From Thermoplasmata archaeon (GTDB taxonomy: Archaea > Thermoplasmatota > Thermoplasmata > Lutacidiplasmatales > UBA184): a stretch of 62,699 bases of DNA. The notes below the pieces were generated by a model, which made no database searches, had not been told where the DNA came from, and saw only the letters and a program-made list of their open reading frames with translations. Below are positions 46,687 through 57,086 of this stretch, piece after piece. Location of the stretch: contig JBEKEY010000003.1 of NCBI GenBank assembly GCA_050013595.1, positions 1 through 62,699 of the forward strand, written 5' to 3'. How positions within the stretch are numbered: position 1 is the first letter of the stretch; each line of letters begins with the position of its first letter. The position numbers and the translations under genes are program-made.

Positions 46687-47877
46687 CTACTTGTACGGAA
46701 GGAACTCCTTTCCGAGGAGCTCCCGACCGAGGATGATGCGCATGATGTTGAGGCCGCCCTCCGCCCCGACGAGGTACGACATGATCCCCCGCAGGCCCAG
46801 CTCCAGCCCGACCTCCTTCGTGTAGCCCGCCGCGCCGTGCCACATCATGACCCGCTTCACGCACTCGAACGCGATCTGGGGGGCTCCGAGCTTCACGGCG
46901 GCGACCGTGCGTTCCACTTCGGAGCGGTGGGAGGTGTCGCCCTTCAGCGTGTAGGTGTCGTGGAGCCAGGCCGCGCGACGGCATTGCCACTTGATTGCCT
47001 CGACCTGGGTCCAGAGGTCGACGAGCTCGAACTGGATCCCTTCGAACTTCCCGAGCGGCTGGCCGAACGCGGGCCGTTCCCGGATGTACGCCATCCCGGT
47101 CTCGAGCGCCCGTTCCGCGGCCCCGATGCAGGCAGCCGCCACGAACGTTCGCGCGAACGAGAAGCCTTCCATGGCAACGCCGAAGCCTTTCCCCTCCGTC
47201 CCGAGGAGATACTTCGCGGGGACCCGGGCATCCGGGTAGGTGAGGCCGCCCGTGGAGATTCCCATGCGGCCCATGTTGTGAAACCGCTGGGTGGCGATGC
47301 CCGGGGTGTTCGTGGGAACATAGAGGAAGTTGAAGCCGCCCGCCGGGTCCTTCGCGAGCGTGAGATGGCCACCGCCCAGGCTCTTCGCCTCCTCCACCCC
47401 CGAGATGAACGACTTCTCGCCGTGCACGACGAACGACCCACCGTCCCGCCGCGCCGTGGTGCGCATCCCGGCCAGGTCGCTGCCTCCCCCGGGTTCCGTG
47501 GTCGCGATCCCGAGGAACGCCTTCCCGGCGCAGACCGCCGGAAGCACCTCCTGCTTCGTCTCCTCGGTGCCGTGGCGCGCTAGGATGTGGCCCCAGCCGG
47601 CCTCGAGGAGGAAGAAGACCGCGGTCGCCATCGAGAAGTCGCCGCGCCCGATCTCCTCGGCGGCGATCTCGGTCAAGACCGCCGAACCTCCCATCCCACC
47701 GTACTCGGTGGGCACGGGCATCGCGAGCAGGCCGAGGTCGGCCATCGCCGCGAGGACGTCGGGCGGGATTCGCCCGTCCGAATCGATCTTCTGTTCGTTC
47801 GCGCGCAGAACCTTGTCGCCGAACCGGCGGACCGCGGCCTGGAACGCCGCTTCCTCGTCGGAGAGACAGAAATCCAT
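46687..47877 (-). CDS. acyl-CoA dehydrogenase
   Basis: 396 aa with ACAD N, middle and C-terminal domain pattern (GIATTEPGGGSD). Confidence 0.9.
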   Translation of the reverse strand: MDFCLSDEEAAFQAAVRRFGDKVLRANEQKIDSDGRIPPDVLAAMADLGLLAMPVPTEYGGMGGSAVLTEIAAEEIGRGDFSMATAVFFLLEAGWGHILARHGTEETKQEVLPAVCAGKAFLGIATTEPGGGSDLAGMRTTARRDGGSFVVHGEKSFISGVEEAKSLGGGHLTLAKDPAGGFNFLYVPTNTPGIATQRFHNMGRMGISTGGLTYPDARVPAKYLLGTEGKGFGVAMEGFSFARTFVAAACIGAAERALETGMAYIRERPAFGQPLGKFEGIQFELVDLWTQVEAIKWQCRRAAWLHDTYTLKGDTSHRSEVERTVAAVKLGAPQIAFECVKRVMMWHGAAGYTKEVGLELGLRGIMSYLVGAEGGLNIMRIILGRELLGKEFLPYK

Positions 47878-47985
47878 GGGAATCGACCCCGGACATTCCC
47901 CTAGGATTTAGGCTAGGCGAGGCCGGGACCGAAACCCTCGCGGAACTCCTTTAAGCCGCCCCCGCTGACTTGCTCTGAGACCACC

Positions 47986-48990
<1,005 letters not shown>

Positions 48991-49885
48991 GTGAGGTTCT
49001 CCAATCCCGAGCTCTCGCTCGACCGCCGGGACCCCCGTGTTCCCTCCCGCGTCTCTCGCTCTCTCCACGAGGAACTCGGGAGAACTCGGGTGGGCCGAAC
49101 GAAGCCCGACGTGCCCGCGCCAGGCGGGGCGGCTGGATCGACACCTTTGATTCCGGGCGAGCCCTAAGGAGGGCGGGAATTCAGCACTTGGCAATGCGTT
49201 CTCCCGTCATAGCGGAGTAATCCTCCGACGACGGAGTTGGACCGGTGACCGCCGTCGAATCTCAATCGATGTGGGGTTGCCCAGTCGGTATCCGATTGCC
49301 CGCGTGAGATCAACAACATGAAAGTGCTCGCTCTGCGAGATCGCGTTCATCGCGCTTACATCGATTACTGGACGCTCTCGCCCTGGTAGATTTCGAAACG
49401 ACCCGCCGCACATCGGCCGACCCTCCCGGTCGTCGTCCCGACCACTCTCATGCATGTCGAGGTGAACCACGTCCGGCTGGCCCGCGCGCCACGGGATGCC
49501 GCCGAGGTCACGGGCACCTTCCGCAAGTCCCCGCGGTTCCGCGACTTCGCCCCCTGGGAACACGTCGACGGTACGCCGCAGGTCATGGAGTACGCCCGGG
49601 ACCGGGGCTCGGCTTCAACGACATTATGGAGAACGTCCTCTGGGAGGAAGGGTTCCGGCTCGACGGCCTGGACGCGTGCTTCTTCCAGGCGATCTATCAG
49701 GGATCGATCGTCGTTCCGGAGAATGTCGACGCGATCCGGGCGGCGCTCGACCTCGAGGCGGACGGCCGCGCGTCGATCGAGAAGACCGACCAGGCGCTCG
49801 GACTGACGAGGGCGTAGAACCCCCCTCCGCGACCGGACCGGTTTATCTCTCCCACGCCGGTGGGAGAGCCGTGCCCCCGCGCCCT

Positions 49886-50812
49886 ATGCAACCGCAGCAA
49901 CGCCGAACCCCGTCCGCGGCCGCCTCGGCCCGGCGTCGGCGCCGCGTCCGCACGAAGTTCGACGCACAGGTCGACCACGAATGGGCACGGTATTCGGGGG
50001 AGGCCTGGAGGGTCCTCGTTCGCGAACTGCGCGACCGGTTCCTTGCGCGCCATCTCCCGAAGGGTCGGGGTTGGGTACTGGAACTCGGTCCCGGACCCGG
50101 CCGATTCACTCCCACCGTCCTCGCCTCCGGCGCTCGGGTGGTCGCGGTCGACCTGAGCCTTCCGATGCTCCACGCGCTTCGGCGGCGCAAGCGGGTTGAG
50201 CAAAGGGCCGGGCGGTTACGCCGGGTGCGCGGGGCGGGAGAGCATCTGCCGTTCCGCGAGGGAGCCTTCCGGGCCGCCGTGGTCTACGGGAACATCCTCG
50301 GCTTCTCGGCGGGCGGCGGCGAGCAACTCCTCTCAGAGCTTGCGCGGGTCGTGAGACGCGGAGGTGTGTTGATCGTGGACGTATCCTCGTCCGTGGCGGC
50401 GATAACCGAGTTTCTCTCCACAGCGGCCCGCCGAAGGTTCCTGCTACGGATCCTTCGGGACCCCGAGTACTTCCTGTTCAGCGTGCACGCGAATATGCGA
50501 AACCGGTCCCACCAGCCGTACGCCCCCGAGCGGTTGGCGTTCTGGGAGTTCGATTTCTACACCGTCGCCGGAGCGGAATCGGCCGTCCGCGACGCGGGAT
50601 TCCGGCCGATCGACCGCATGGCGGTCGGTGCCATTGGCGCTTTCCGAGATCGGATGACGACCATCGCACGACGCGAACGCCGGACGTGGAAGAACCTTCT
50701 CGAGCTCGAGGAGGTCGTCGGGCGTCGCCCTGGGGTCCTTGAGACCGGCCACGGCTTTGTGCTGGCAGCGGTGCGCTCGGGCCGGGCTTCGGGCGCCCGC
50801 TCGAGAGCCTGA
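49886..50812 (+). CDS. class I SAM-dependent methyltransferase
   Basis: VLELGPGPGRFT motif I. ATG at 49886 inside track ORF 49496..50812. Confidence 0.7.
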   Translation: MQPQQRRTPSAAASARRRRRVRTKFDAQVDHEWARYSGEAWRVLVRELRDRFLARHLPKGRGWVLELGPGPGRFTPTVLASGARVVAVDLSLPMLHALRRRKRVEQRAGRLRRVRGAGEHLPFREGAFRAAVVYGNILGFSAGGGEQLLSELARVVRRGGVLIVDVSSSVAAITEFLSTAARRRFLLRILRDPEYFLFSVHANMRNRSHQPYAPERLAFWEFDFYTVAGAESAVRDAGFRPIDRMAVGAIGAFRDRMTTIARRERRTWKNLLELEEVVGRRPGVLETGHGFVLAAVRSGRASGARSRA

Positions 50813-50852
50813 CCCCAAGAATCTTATAGGCCGCCCCGCTCGCGCGCGAGGC

Positions 50853-51527
50853 ATGTACTATCTCGATCACCGACGGGATGTCGTCCGCATCCCGCCCCAG
50901 CGGCTCGGGCCCGAGCTCGCGAACGTGCTCACCGAGCTCGCCCAGCAGCAGTTCGAGGGGAAGCTCGTGGACGGCCAGAGCGTCGCGGTGACGATCCGTG
51001 ACGTGACCCCGGTCGGGGAAGGGCACATCATCCACGGCGACGGCGGCGTCTACCAGGAAGTCGAGTACGAAGCGCTCCTCTTCCGGCCCGAGATCCAGGA
51101 GGTCGTGGAGGGAGCGGTCGTCGAGATCCGAAAGTTCGGAGCGTTCGTCCGGTTCGGTCCGCTCGACGGCCTACTGCACGTTTCGCAGATCATGGACGAC
51201 CGCGTGAACATCGACGAACACAACCAGCGGCTCGTCGGGGTCGAGTCGAAGAAGGACCTCAAGGTCGGCTACAAGGTTCGGGCCCGCGTCGTCTCGCTCT
51301 CCCTCTCCGAGATCTCTCCCCGCGACAGCCGCATCGGGCTCACGATGCGCCAACCGGCGCTCGGACGCCTCGAGTGGATCACGGAGGCTCACAAGAAGAC
51401 CGACGGCGCGGCCAAGAAGGCGGGCGCCGCACCCGCGAAGAAGGGCGCCGCGGCAGCGGCCCCGAAGGCGGCCGCGAAGCCGGCCGCGAAGCAGCCGGCC
51501 GCGAAGGAGCCCGCCTCGGCGAGCTGA
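50853..51527 (+). CDS. rpoE: RNA polymerase subunit E' (Rpo7) with Ala/Lys-rich tail
   Basis: MYYLDHRRDVVRIPP..., S1 domain (GAVVEIRKFGAFVRFGPLDGLLHVSQI). Tail is AAKKAGAAPAKKGAAAAAPKAAAKPAAKQPAAKE. Confidence 0.85.
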   Translation: MYYLDHRRDVVRIPPQRLGPELANVLTELAQQQFEGKLVDGQSVAVTIRDVTPVGEGHIIHGDGGVYQEVEYEALLFRPEIQEVVEGAVVEIRKFGAFVRFGPLDGLLHVSQIMDDRVNIDEHNQRLVGVESKKDLKVGYKVRARVVSLSLSEISPRDSRIGLTMRQPALGRLEWITEAHKKTDGAAKKAGAAPAKKGAAAAAPKAAAKPAAKQPAAKEPASAS

Positions 51528-51531
51528 GACG

Positions 51532-51717
51532 ATGATCAATCTCAAGGCCTGCAAGAGCTGCAGCTCGATCACCGACCAGGCGAAGTGTCCCCGGTGCGGC
51601 GGCGAGGTATCCCGCGAGTGGCAGGGATACTTGGTCGTCATCGACCCGGAGAAGTCGGAGATCGCACGCAAGATGGGGATCCATGCCGCGGGCCGGTACG
51701 CGCTCCGCGTCAAGTGA
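51532..51717 (+). CDS. spt4: transcription elongation factor Spt4 (RpoE'')
   Basis: CKSC...CPRCGG zinc ribbon, 61 aa, conserved position after rpoE. Confidence 0.85.
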   Translation: MINLKACKSCSSITDQAKCPRCGGEVSREWQGYLVVIDPEKSEIARKMGIHAAGRYALRVK

Positions 51718-52240
51718 CGAGCGGGCGTGGGCGGTCCCGGAGTCGCTGCGCGCGACCCTCGGGGAACGCTACGGTCCGGTGTACTCCGGAGCGGAAGCCG
51801 ACCGTCGACTGATCGCGCTCGGGACGTTCGGAGCGTGCGGGGACCGCGTCACGGCGCGGGCGATCGAGCTCGGCCACCCACCGCTCGTCGGGATCGTGGA
51901 CTACAAGACCCGCCGCAACGAAGCGGTCGACCCCGCGGCCTTCCGGTCGCTCGCCCGCCGGAAGCTGGTGCGGGTGGTGAACCCTCCGGGGTTGCTCACG
52001 GAGCGGCTTCGCATCGCCGTTCGTGAGCTGGTCGCGTCGGGGGGAGGGCTCATCGAAGTGGACGGCGAGGAGGACCTCGGGTCGCTCGCGCTCGTCGAAT
52101 CACTGCCCGCCGGGGCCACCGTTATATACGGTATCCCGGGTGCGGGGGTCTCCTTCGTCACCGTTGACGCGGTGGCCAAGGAACACGTGCGGCATCTCAT
52201 CGCCCAAATGGAGCTTCGGAGAATCGACCGTGGAGATTAA
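51683..52240 (+). CDS. DUF359 / archaeal GTP-dependent dephospho-CoA kinase
   Basis: GACGDRVT...VGIVDYKTRR motifs and conserved gene order. The start is uncertain (overlaps the spt4 end). Confidence 0.7.
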   Translation: MPRAGTRSASSDERAWAVPESLRATLGERYGPVYSGAEADRRLIALGTFGACGDRVTARAIELGHPPLVGIVDYKTRRNEAVDPAAFRSLARRKLVRVVNPPGLLTERLRIAVRELVASGGGLIEVDGEEDLGSLALVESLPAGATVIYGIPGAGVSFVTVDAVAKEHVRHLIAQMELRRIDRGD

Positions 52241-52664
52241 GATCCTCGAGGACCGCCCGAACCCGTTGATGAAGCGCCACGAGGTGCGCTTCGAGGTCGC
52301 GCACGCGACCGCGGCGACGCCGAGCCGGGACGCCGTCCGCGGGGAGCTCTCAAAACTCGTGAAGGCCCCGAAGGACCGGGTCATCATCGAGCGGATGAAC
52401 GCCCGCTACGGAACGGCGGTGACCCGCGGGGATGCCATGGTCTACGAGTCGGTCGACGCGGTGAAAGCGACCGTTCGCGATCACATCCTGGTCCGTAATG
52501 GTCTCAAGGAGAAGCCCGCGAAGGGACCGGCCCCTGCCGCCGCGGAGACGCCGGCGCCAGCACCCGCCGCCACCGAGGCGCCGAAGAGCGAGCCGGCCGC
52601 CGCGCCGAAGAGCGAGCCGGCCGCCGCGACTAAGAGCGAGCCGGCCGCCGAGAAGAAGGAGTGA
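52230..52664 (+). CDS. rps24e: ribosomal protein S24e with repeat-containing C-terminal tail
   Basis: The GTG at 52230 gives VEIKILEDRPNPLMKRHEVRFEV... Confidence 0.85.
   Translation: MEIKILEDRPNPLMKRHEVRFEVAHATAATPSRDAVRGELSKLVKAPKDRVIIERMNARYGTAVTRGDAMVYESVDAVKATVRDHILVRNGLKEKPAKGPAPAAAETPAPAPAATEAPKSEPAAAPKSEPAAATKSEPAAEKKE
52578..52649 (+). repeat. 3 x 24-nt tandem repeat inside the S24e tail (APKSEPAA units)
   Basis: GCGCCGAAGAGCGAGCCGGCCGCC occurs twice, then GCGACTAAGAGCGAGCCGGCCGCC. Confidence 0.9.
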
Positions 52665-52862
52665 GCTCCTACGGCGAAAGCGCGGGTCGGCCTCTACGAG
52701 GTCAAGGGAGACGCCCTCACCCGGACCCACAAGTCGTGCCCGAAGTGCGGTGCGGGCATCTTCCTCGCGGACCACAAAGACCGAAGGTCCTGCGGGAAGT
52801 GCGGGTACTCCGAATCGAAGGCCCCGCCCCCTGCGAAGACGAAGACCCCCAAGAATGCGTGA
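52665..52862 (+). CDS. rps27ae: ribosomal protein S27ae; start codon unresolved
   Basis: ...AKARVGLYEVKGDALTRTHKSCPKCGAGIFLADHKDRRSCGKCGYSE. The reading frame begins directly after the S24e TGA, in the same frame. No ATG, GTG or TTG precedes the conserved LYEV. Confidence 0.7.
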   Translation, partial: APTAKARVGLYEVKGDALTRTHKSCPKCGAGIFLADHKDRRSCGKCGYSESKAPPPAKTKTPKNA

Positions 52863-52943
52863 ACCGTCCCGCCGGCGGACCGCCGGTAGCTGGACTCGTT
52901 TGGAACCTCACGGCGCCGACGCGGCGTCGCGAAATGAGGGATC

Positions 52944-53447
52944 CTACGAAGGAGCCTTCCCTCGCATCGTGTCCGGGATCTCGACCGCCACGACCTCGCC
53001 TCGCACGGTGACCTCACCGCCCACGGACACCGTGATCTCAACGACCACTTTGCGCTCGGTGACCGAGCGAACCTGGCCCCGGAGCAGCAGTTCGGGCCCG
53101 AGGGGGGTCGGCCGAAGGTAGTCCACCCGCAGCGAGCCCGTCACGAAACGGTGGGCGGGCAAGGTATCCATCTCCCGGCCCTCGGCGCGGTAGGCCGCGG
53201 CGGCCGCGGTTCCGGTGCCGTGGCAGTCGATGAGCGAAGCGAGCAAGCCACCATTGACCCAGCCGGGGATGGCGATATGATAGGGTTGGGGCGTGAAGCG
53301 GGCTTCGCTCGCTTCACCGACCCAGAAGCTTCGAAGATGGTGACCGTGCTCGTTCCGACGGCCGCAGCCGAAGCAATGAGCGAGCTCGTCCGGGTAGTAA
53401 TCCTGGAATGCCTTCATGGCCGGGAGCGAAGGGGTGCGCTCGGTCAT
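52944..53447 (-). CDS. PaaI-family hotdog thioesterase
   Basis: CFGCGRRNEHGHHL N-terminus and hotdog core GGLLASLIDCHG. Confidence 0.7.
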   Translation of the reverse strand: MTERTPSLPAMKAFQDYYPDELAHCFGCGRRNEHGHHLRSFWVGEASEARFTPQPYHIAIPGWVNGGLLASLIDCHGTGTAAAAAYRAEGREMDTLPAHRFVTGSLRVDYLRPTPLGPELLLRGQVRSVTERKVVVEITVSVGGEVTVRGEVVAVEIPDTMRGKAPS

Positions 53448-53547
53448 GAGCTGTTCGCGCTCCCGTCACACTTCGCTTCCGTGGCCGGACGGATCCTTTG
53501 CGACGCTAGAGGTAAGCCGACCCGGAGCATGTCCGGAAGGGGGTCGC

Positions 53548-53991
53548 ATGGCGGAGCCCGCGTGCCGTACTATCCTCGTCGTGAACGGCCGCGTTCATGA
53601 GATCCCGGCCCGTCGTTCCAGCGACCGCGTCCGTGCGGAGGGTTCGGTCACCTGGTGGGAGTCCCTCGCGCTCTTCGGAGGATCGCTCGTGATCCTGGGA
53701 TTGTTCGTTGGTGCCGACCTCGGCTTCGGCGCCGCGATCGGGGGTGTCGCACTGTTTCTCGCAACGGCGATCCTCGCGGGGGAGGGGCGCTACGAGTTCA
53801 CGACCGCTGTCGGGACATCGGCGATGGTCTGGACGTCGTCGGGGATCGCGGTCGTTCTCGGGACCGACCCGTCGTTGATCGGCTCTCTCTTTTGCTTCGT
53901 GTTCGTCGGCGTCGCGGCGCTGGCACTCGGATTGCTCGGAAGGTCACGTGCACGGTCCCGAGGGTCCGAGGGCTTCGCTCCGGCGGCCTGA
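53548..53991 (+). CDS. membrane protein, unknown function
   Basis: ATG at 53548. Four hydrophobic helices. Confidence 0.4.
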   Translation: MAEPACRTILVVNGRVHEIPARRSSDRVRAEGSVTWWESLALFGGSLVILGLFVGADLGFGAAIGGVALFLATAILAGEGRYEFTTAVGTSAMVWTSSGIAVVLGTDPSLIGSLFCFVFVGVAALALGLLGRSRARSRGSEGFAPAA

Positions 53992-54226
53992 AGCATCTCG
54001 GTCGGCCCCGCTTACCGAGATGGGCTGGATCGTTCGGCGCGGGCTCGCGGTGTTGTCGAACGGGGGAGCCGTCGATTCCGCGGAAGGGTGAAACCGACCT
54101 AACGACCGCTTCTTAGCCGCGAACCCCCACGCTGTCCGCGGGAGATCGGGCGGTCGCCGTCGGCCCTACGGGTCCGCGGCGAGCTTCGAACAGTGCGACC
54201 GATCGGACCGTAGGGAGGTCGCGAGC

Positions 54227-55990
54227 TTGGAATACAAGTGGACGGTCCTCTCGAACACCACGCTGGGCGCCCTGATGGCGTCCATCAACGGAACGATCAT
54301 TCTGATCTCGCTGCCCGTCATCTTCCGGGGCCTGAACGTTAACCCGTTCCTGCCGAGCAATTTCACCCTCCTCATCTGGCTCCTCTTGGGCTACGGGGTC
54401 GTAACGGCGACGCTCCTCGTCACGTTCGGTCGGCTCTCCGACATGTGGGGCCGGGCCCGGATGTACAACCTCGGTTTCGCCATCTTCGCCGCCGGCTCCG
54501 TGATGCTGTTCCTGGTCCCGAACAGTGGAGCCACCGGTGCCTGGGAGCTGGTCGGCTTTCGGATCGTTCAGGGGATCGGAGGCGCGTTCCTGTTCGCCAA
54601 CTCGGCCGCGCTCATCACCGATGCCTTCCCGCCCTCCGAACGAGGAAAGGCACTCGGCTTCAACATGGTCGCGGCGATGGGCGGGTCGGTGCTCGGACTG
54701 GTCCTAGGGGGCCTCCTCGCCGGTTTGAGCGACATTCACCTGGGGTCGTTGGTCCTTCCGGCCTGGCGGGTGATCTTCCTGGCCAGTGTCCCGTTCTCGG
54801 TCGGCGGCACCGTCTGGGCCTACCTCAAGCTCCACGACATCTCCGCGATCCGAGCCGGTCAGCGGGTCGACTATCTCGGCAACGCCACCTTCGGCATCGG
54901 TCTTACTCTGCTCCTGGTCGCGCTGACCTACGGGCTCCTACCCTACGGAGGCCAGACCATGGGCTGGTCGAGTCCCTGGGTCTGGTCCGGCATCGGGGTA
55001 GGCCTCGCGCTCCTCGTCGCGTTCCCGTTCATCGAGACCCGGGTCGGGGACCCGATGTTCCGGCTCCATCTCTTCCGGATACGGGCGTTCGCCGCGGGGA
55101 ACCTTGCGGCGTTTCTGGGATCGATCGCGCGCGGGGGAATGATGTTCATGATGGTCATCTGGTTCCAGGGAGTCTGGCTTCCCCTCCACGGCTACTCGTT
55201 CGCGCAGACGCCGTTCTGGGCCGGCATCTACATGCTGCCCATGGTGGGCGGTTTCTTGGTGATGGGACCGCTCTGCGGCTGGGTGTCCGACCGCTTCGGT
55301 GCCCGGTACCTCGCGAGTGCGGGAATGGCGATCAGCTCGGCGTCGTTCGTGTTCCTCCTGTTCCTGCCATACAACTTCGTGTACTGGCAGATGGGGCTGC
55401 TTCTTTTCGCGCAGGGCGCCGGCATGGGGATGTTCGCCGCTCCGAACATGGCGGCGATCATGAATTCGGTTCCCAGCGAGAACCGCGGAGCGGCTTCGGG
55501 AATGACCGCGACGCTCCAGAACACCGGTATGCAACTCTCCATGGCGATATTCTTCACGATCGTGCTCGTGGGACTCGCGAACGGCCTCTCGGGGTCGGTG
55601 TCCGGCGCTCTCAGCTCGGCGGGAGCGACGGGACCGGCTGCGACGGCGCTCTCGAGCGTCGTCGCGTCCAACCCGACGGGCGCCCTCTTCGGGGCGTTCC
55701 TCGGACAGAACCCGATGGGATTGTACATCACGTCCCTTCCCGTGGCGCTCCAGGGCCAGATCCCTCCGTCGGTCGTGGCGACGCTCACCTCGAAACAGTT
55801 CTTCCCGAACGCCGTCGGTCCGGCCTTCCTCAAAGGGATGGATTTCGCTTTCCTCCTATCCGCCGTCCTGACGGCGGCGGCGGCCGTGGTCTCCCTGCTG
55901 CGCGGCCGCCGGTACGTCCACGAACTCGAGGTGGGGGTGGCGCGCCCGGCAGGCCCGGCCGAAGCTACGCGCGTCCCCGCCCGGAACTGA
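54227..55990 (+). CDS. MFS transporter (14-TM, DHA2/EmrB-like)
   Basis: TTG start, 587 aa. Motifs GRLSDMWGR and LVGFRIVQGIGGA. Confidence 0.85.
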   Translation: MEYKWTVLSNTTLGALMASINGTIILISLPVIFRGLNVNPFLPSNFTLLIWLLLGYGVVTATLLVTFGRLSDMWGRARMYNLGFAIFAAGSVMLFLVPNSGATGAWELVGFRIVQGIGGAFLFANSAALITDAFPPSERGKALGFNMVAAMGGSVLGLVLGGLLAGLSDIHLGSLVLPAWRVIFLASVPFSVGGTVWAYLKLHDISAIRAGQRVDYLGNATFGIGLTLLLVALTYGLLPYGGQTMGWSSPWVWSGIGVGLALLVAFPFIETRVGDPMFRLHLFRIRAFAAGNLAAFLGSIARGGMMFMMVIWFQGVWLPLHGYSFAQTPFWAGIYMLPMVGGFLVMGPLCGWVSDRFGARYLASAGMAISSASFVFLLFLPYNFVYWQMGLLLFAQGAGMGMFAAPNMAAIMNSVPSENRGAASGMTATLQNTGMQLSMAIFFTIVLVGLANGLSGSVSGALSSAGATGPAATALSSVVASNPTGALFGAFLGQNPMGLYITSLPVALQGQIPPSVVATLTSKQFFPNAVGPAFLKGMDFAFLLSAVLTAAAAVVSLLRGRRYVHELEVGVARPAGPAEATRVPARN

Positions 55991-56025
55991 CGGCACGCTC
56001 GCGCCCGCCGGTTCCGAGCAAGCAC

Positions 56026-56033
56026 CTAAATAC
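56026..56033 (+). promoter_or_regulatory. TATA-box-like element upstream of tRNA-Arg
   Basis: CTAAATAC lies 25-32 nt upstream of the tRNA 5' end. Confidence 0.35.
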
Positions 56034-56057
56034 GGTCCGGCGTCGAATGCGCCGCGC

Positions 56058-56131
56058 GGGCCCGTAGTATAGCTTGGATATCACGGAGGCCTCCGGAGCC
56101 TCAAACCCGGGTTCGAATCCCGGCGGGCCCG
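56058..56131 (+). tRNA. tRNA-Arg (anticodon CCG)
   Basis: Hand fold: GGGCCCG acceptor, GAGGC-CTCCGGA-GCCTC anticodon arm, CCGGG-TTCGAAT-CCCGG T-arm, CGGGCCC-G. The D-stem has two mismatches. Confidence 0.75.
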
Positions 56132-56150
56132 TCACGCCTCGGACCGGTGC

Positions 56151-57035
56151 GTGCCGACGTTTCATGTATCAAGGCCGGATGGGGTCGGAGCCGCCATGAA
56201 GAGGACCCCGTCCCCGAGGGCTGTGGACCCGGAAGGATACTCCGGCCCCATCGTGGACGCTCACACGCACCCCCGACTGGCCGGATTCCCTCCGGTCCGG
56301 AAGAAGCCGCATCGGCCGACCGATTACCTCCGCGAAGCACGCGGACTGGATGTTCGATACGCCGCGGCGTTGGTCATGGCGCCCCGCGCTCAGCCCGAAC
56401 GCACGCGACGAATGAACGACCGGGCTCTCGCGCTGACCGGTCGGGGACCGACGCGATTCTTTCCGGTCTGTTCCGTGCATCCGGCGGACGGGCCATCGGC
56501 CCTCGCGGAGGTGGACCGGGTCGCCCGACGGGGGGCTCGCGGGCTCAAACTGCATCCGAACACCCAGCAGTTCGACGTGGCCGACCGTGCGGTGCACGAC
56601 GTCGTGGCTCGCGCCACGGATCATGGCCTTCCGGTGCTGTTCGACGCGTACTCCCCCTTTGATGCCGACCAACCCGGCAAATTCGTTCGGCTCGCGATGG
56701 AGGTCCCGAAGTCCCGACTCATCCTGGCCCACGCCCACGGGCCTCGTTTCCCGGACCTCCTCGTCTACGAGATCCTCTCCCGCTACGACTGGTGGGGACG
56801 AAACGTCTGGATCGACCTCTCGGCGACCGGCCCGCTGCTCGCGAAGAGCCCGTTCCGGAATCAATTCGTGTGGGTCCTCCGCCAGGTCGGCATCGACCGG
56901 CTCGTCTTCGGCAGCGACTACCCGTTGGACGAACCGCGGAGCGCGGTTCGAGCGATCGCCGGGATGGGCTTCTCGCCTCGAGAACTATCTCGGATCTTCT
57001 ACGCCAACGCCGTGAGCCTGTTCGGTCTCGACTGA
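56151..57035 (+). CDS. amidohydrolase-2 family metal-dependent hydrolase
   Basis: IVDAHTHP metal motif and TIM-barrel hydrolase pattern. The start is either GTG 56151 or ATG 56196. Confidence 0.7.
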   Translation: MPTFHVSRPDGVGAAMKRTPSPRAVDPEGYSGPIVDAHTHPRLAGFPPVRKKPHRPTDYLREARGLDVRYAAALVMAPRAQPERTRRMNDRALALTGRGPTRFFPVCSVHPADGPSALAEVDRVARRGARGLKLHPNTQQFDVADRAVHDVVARATDHGLPVLFDAYSPFDADQPGKFVRLAMEVPKSRLILAHAHGPRFPDLLVYEILSRYDWWGRNVWIDLSATGPLLAKSPFRNQFVWVLRQVGIDRLVFGSDYPLDEPRSAVRAIAGMGFSPRELSRIFYANAVSLFGLD

Positions 57036-57086
57036 TTCGCGCAGCGCGGGCACGTCCGGCTCTCCGCCAACAACGTTCAAGTAAGC

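Noticed and set aside
52661-53011. 116-aa ORF starting at the GTG overlapping the S24e stop
   Set aside because: The translation is R/P/G-rich with no homology signal. The adjacent frame encodes a textbook S27ae zinc ribbon, so the ORF is a shadow frame. Its GTG may nevertheless be the true S27ae start if there is an indel.
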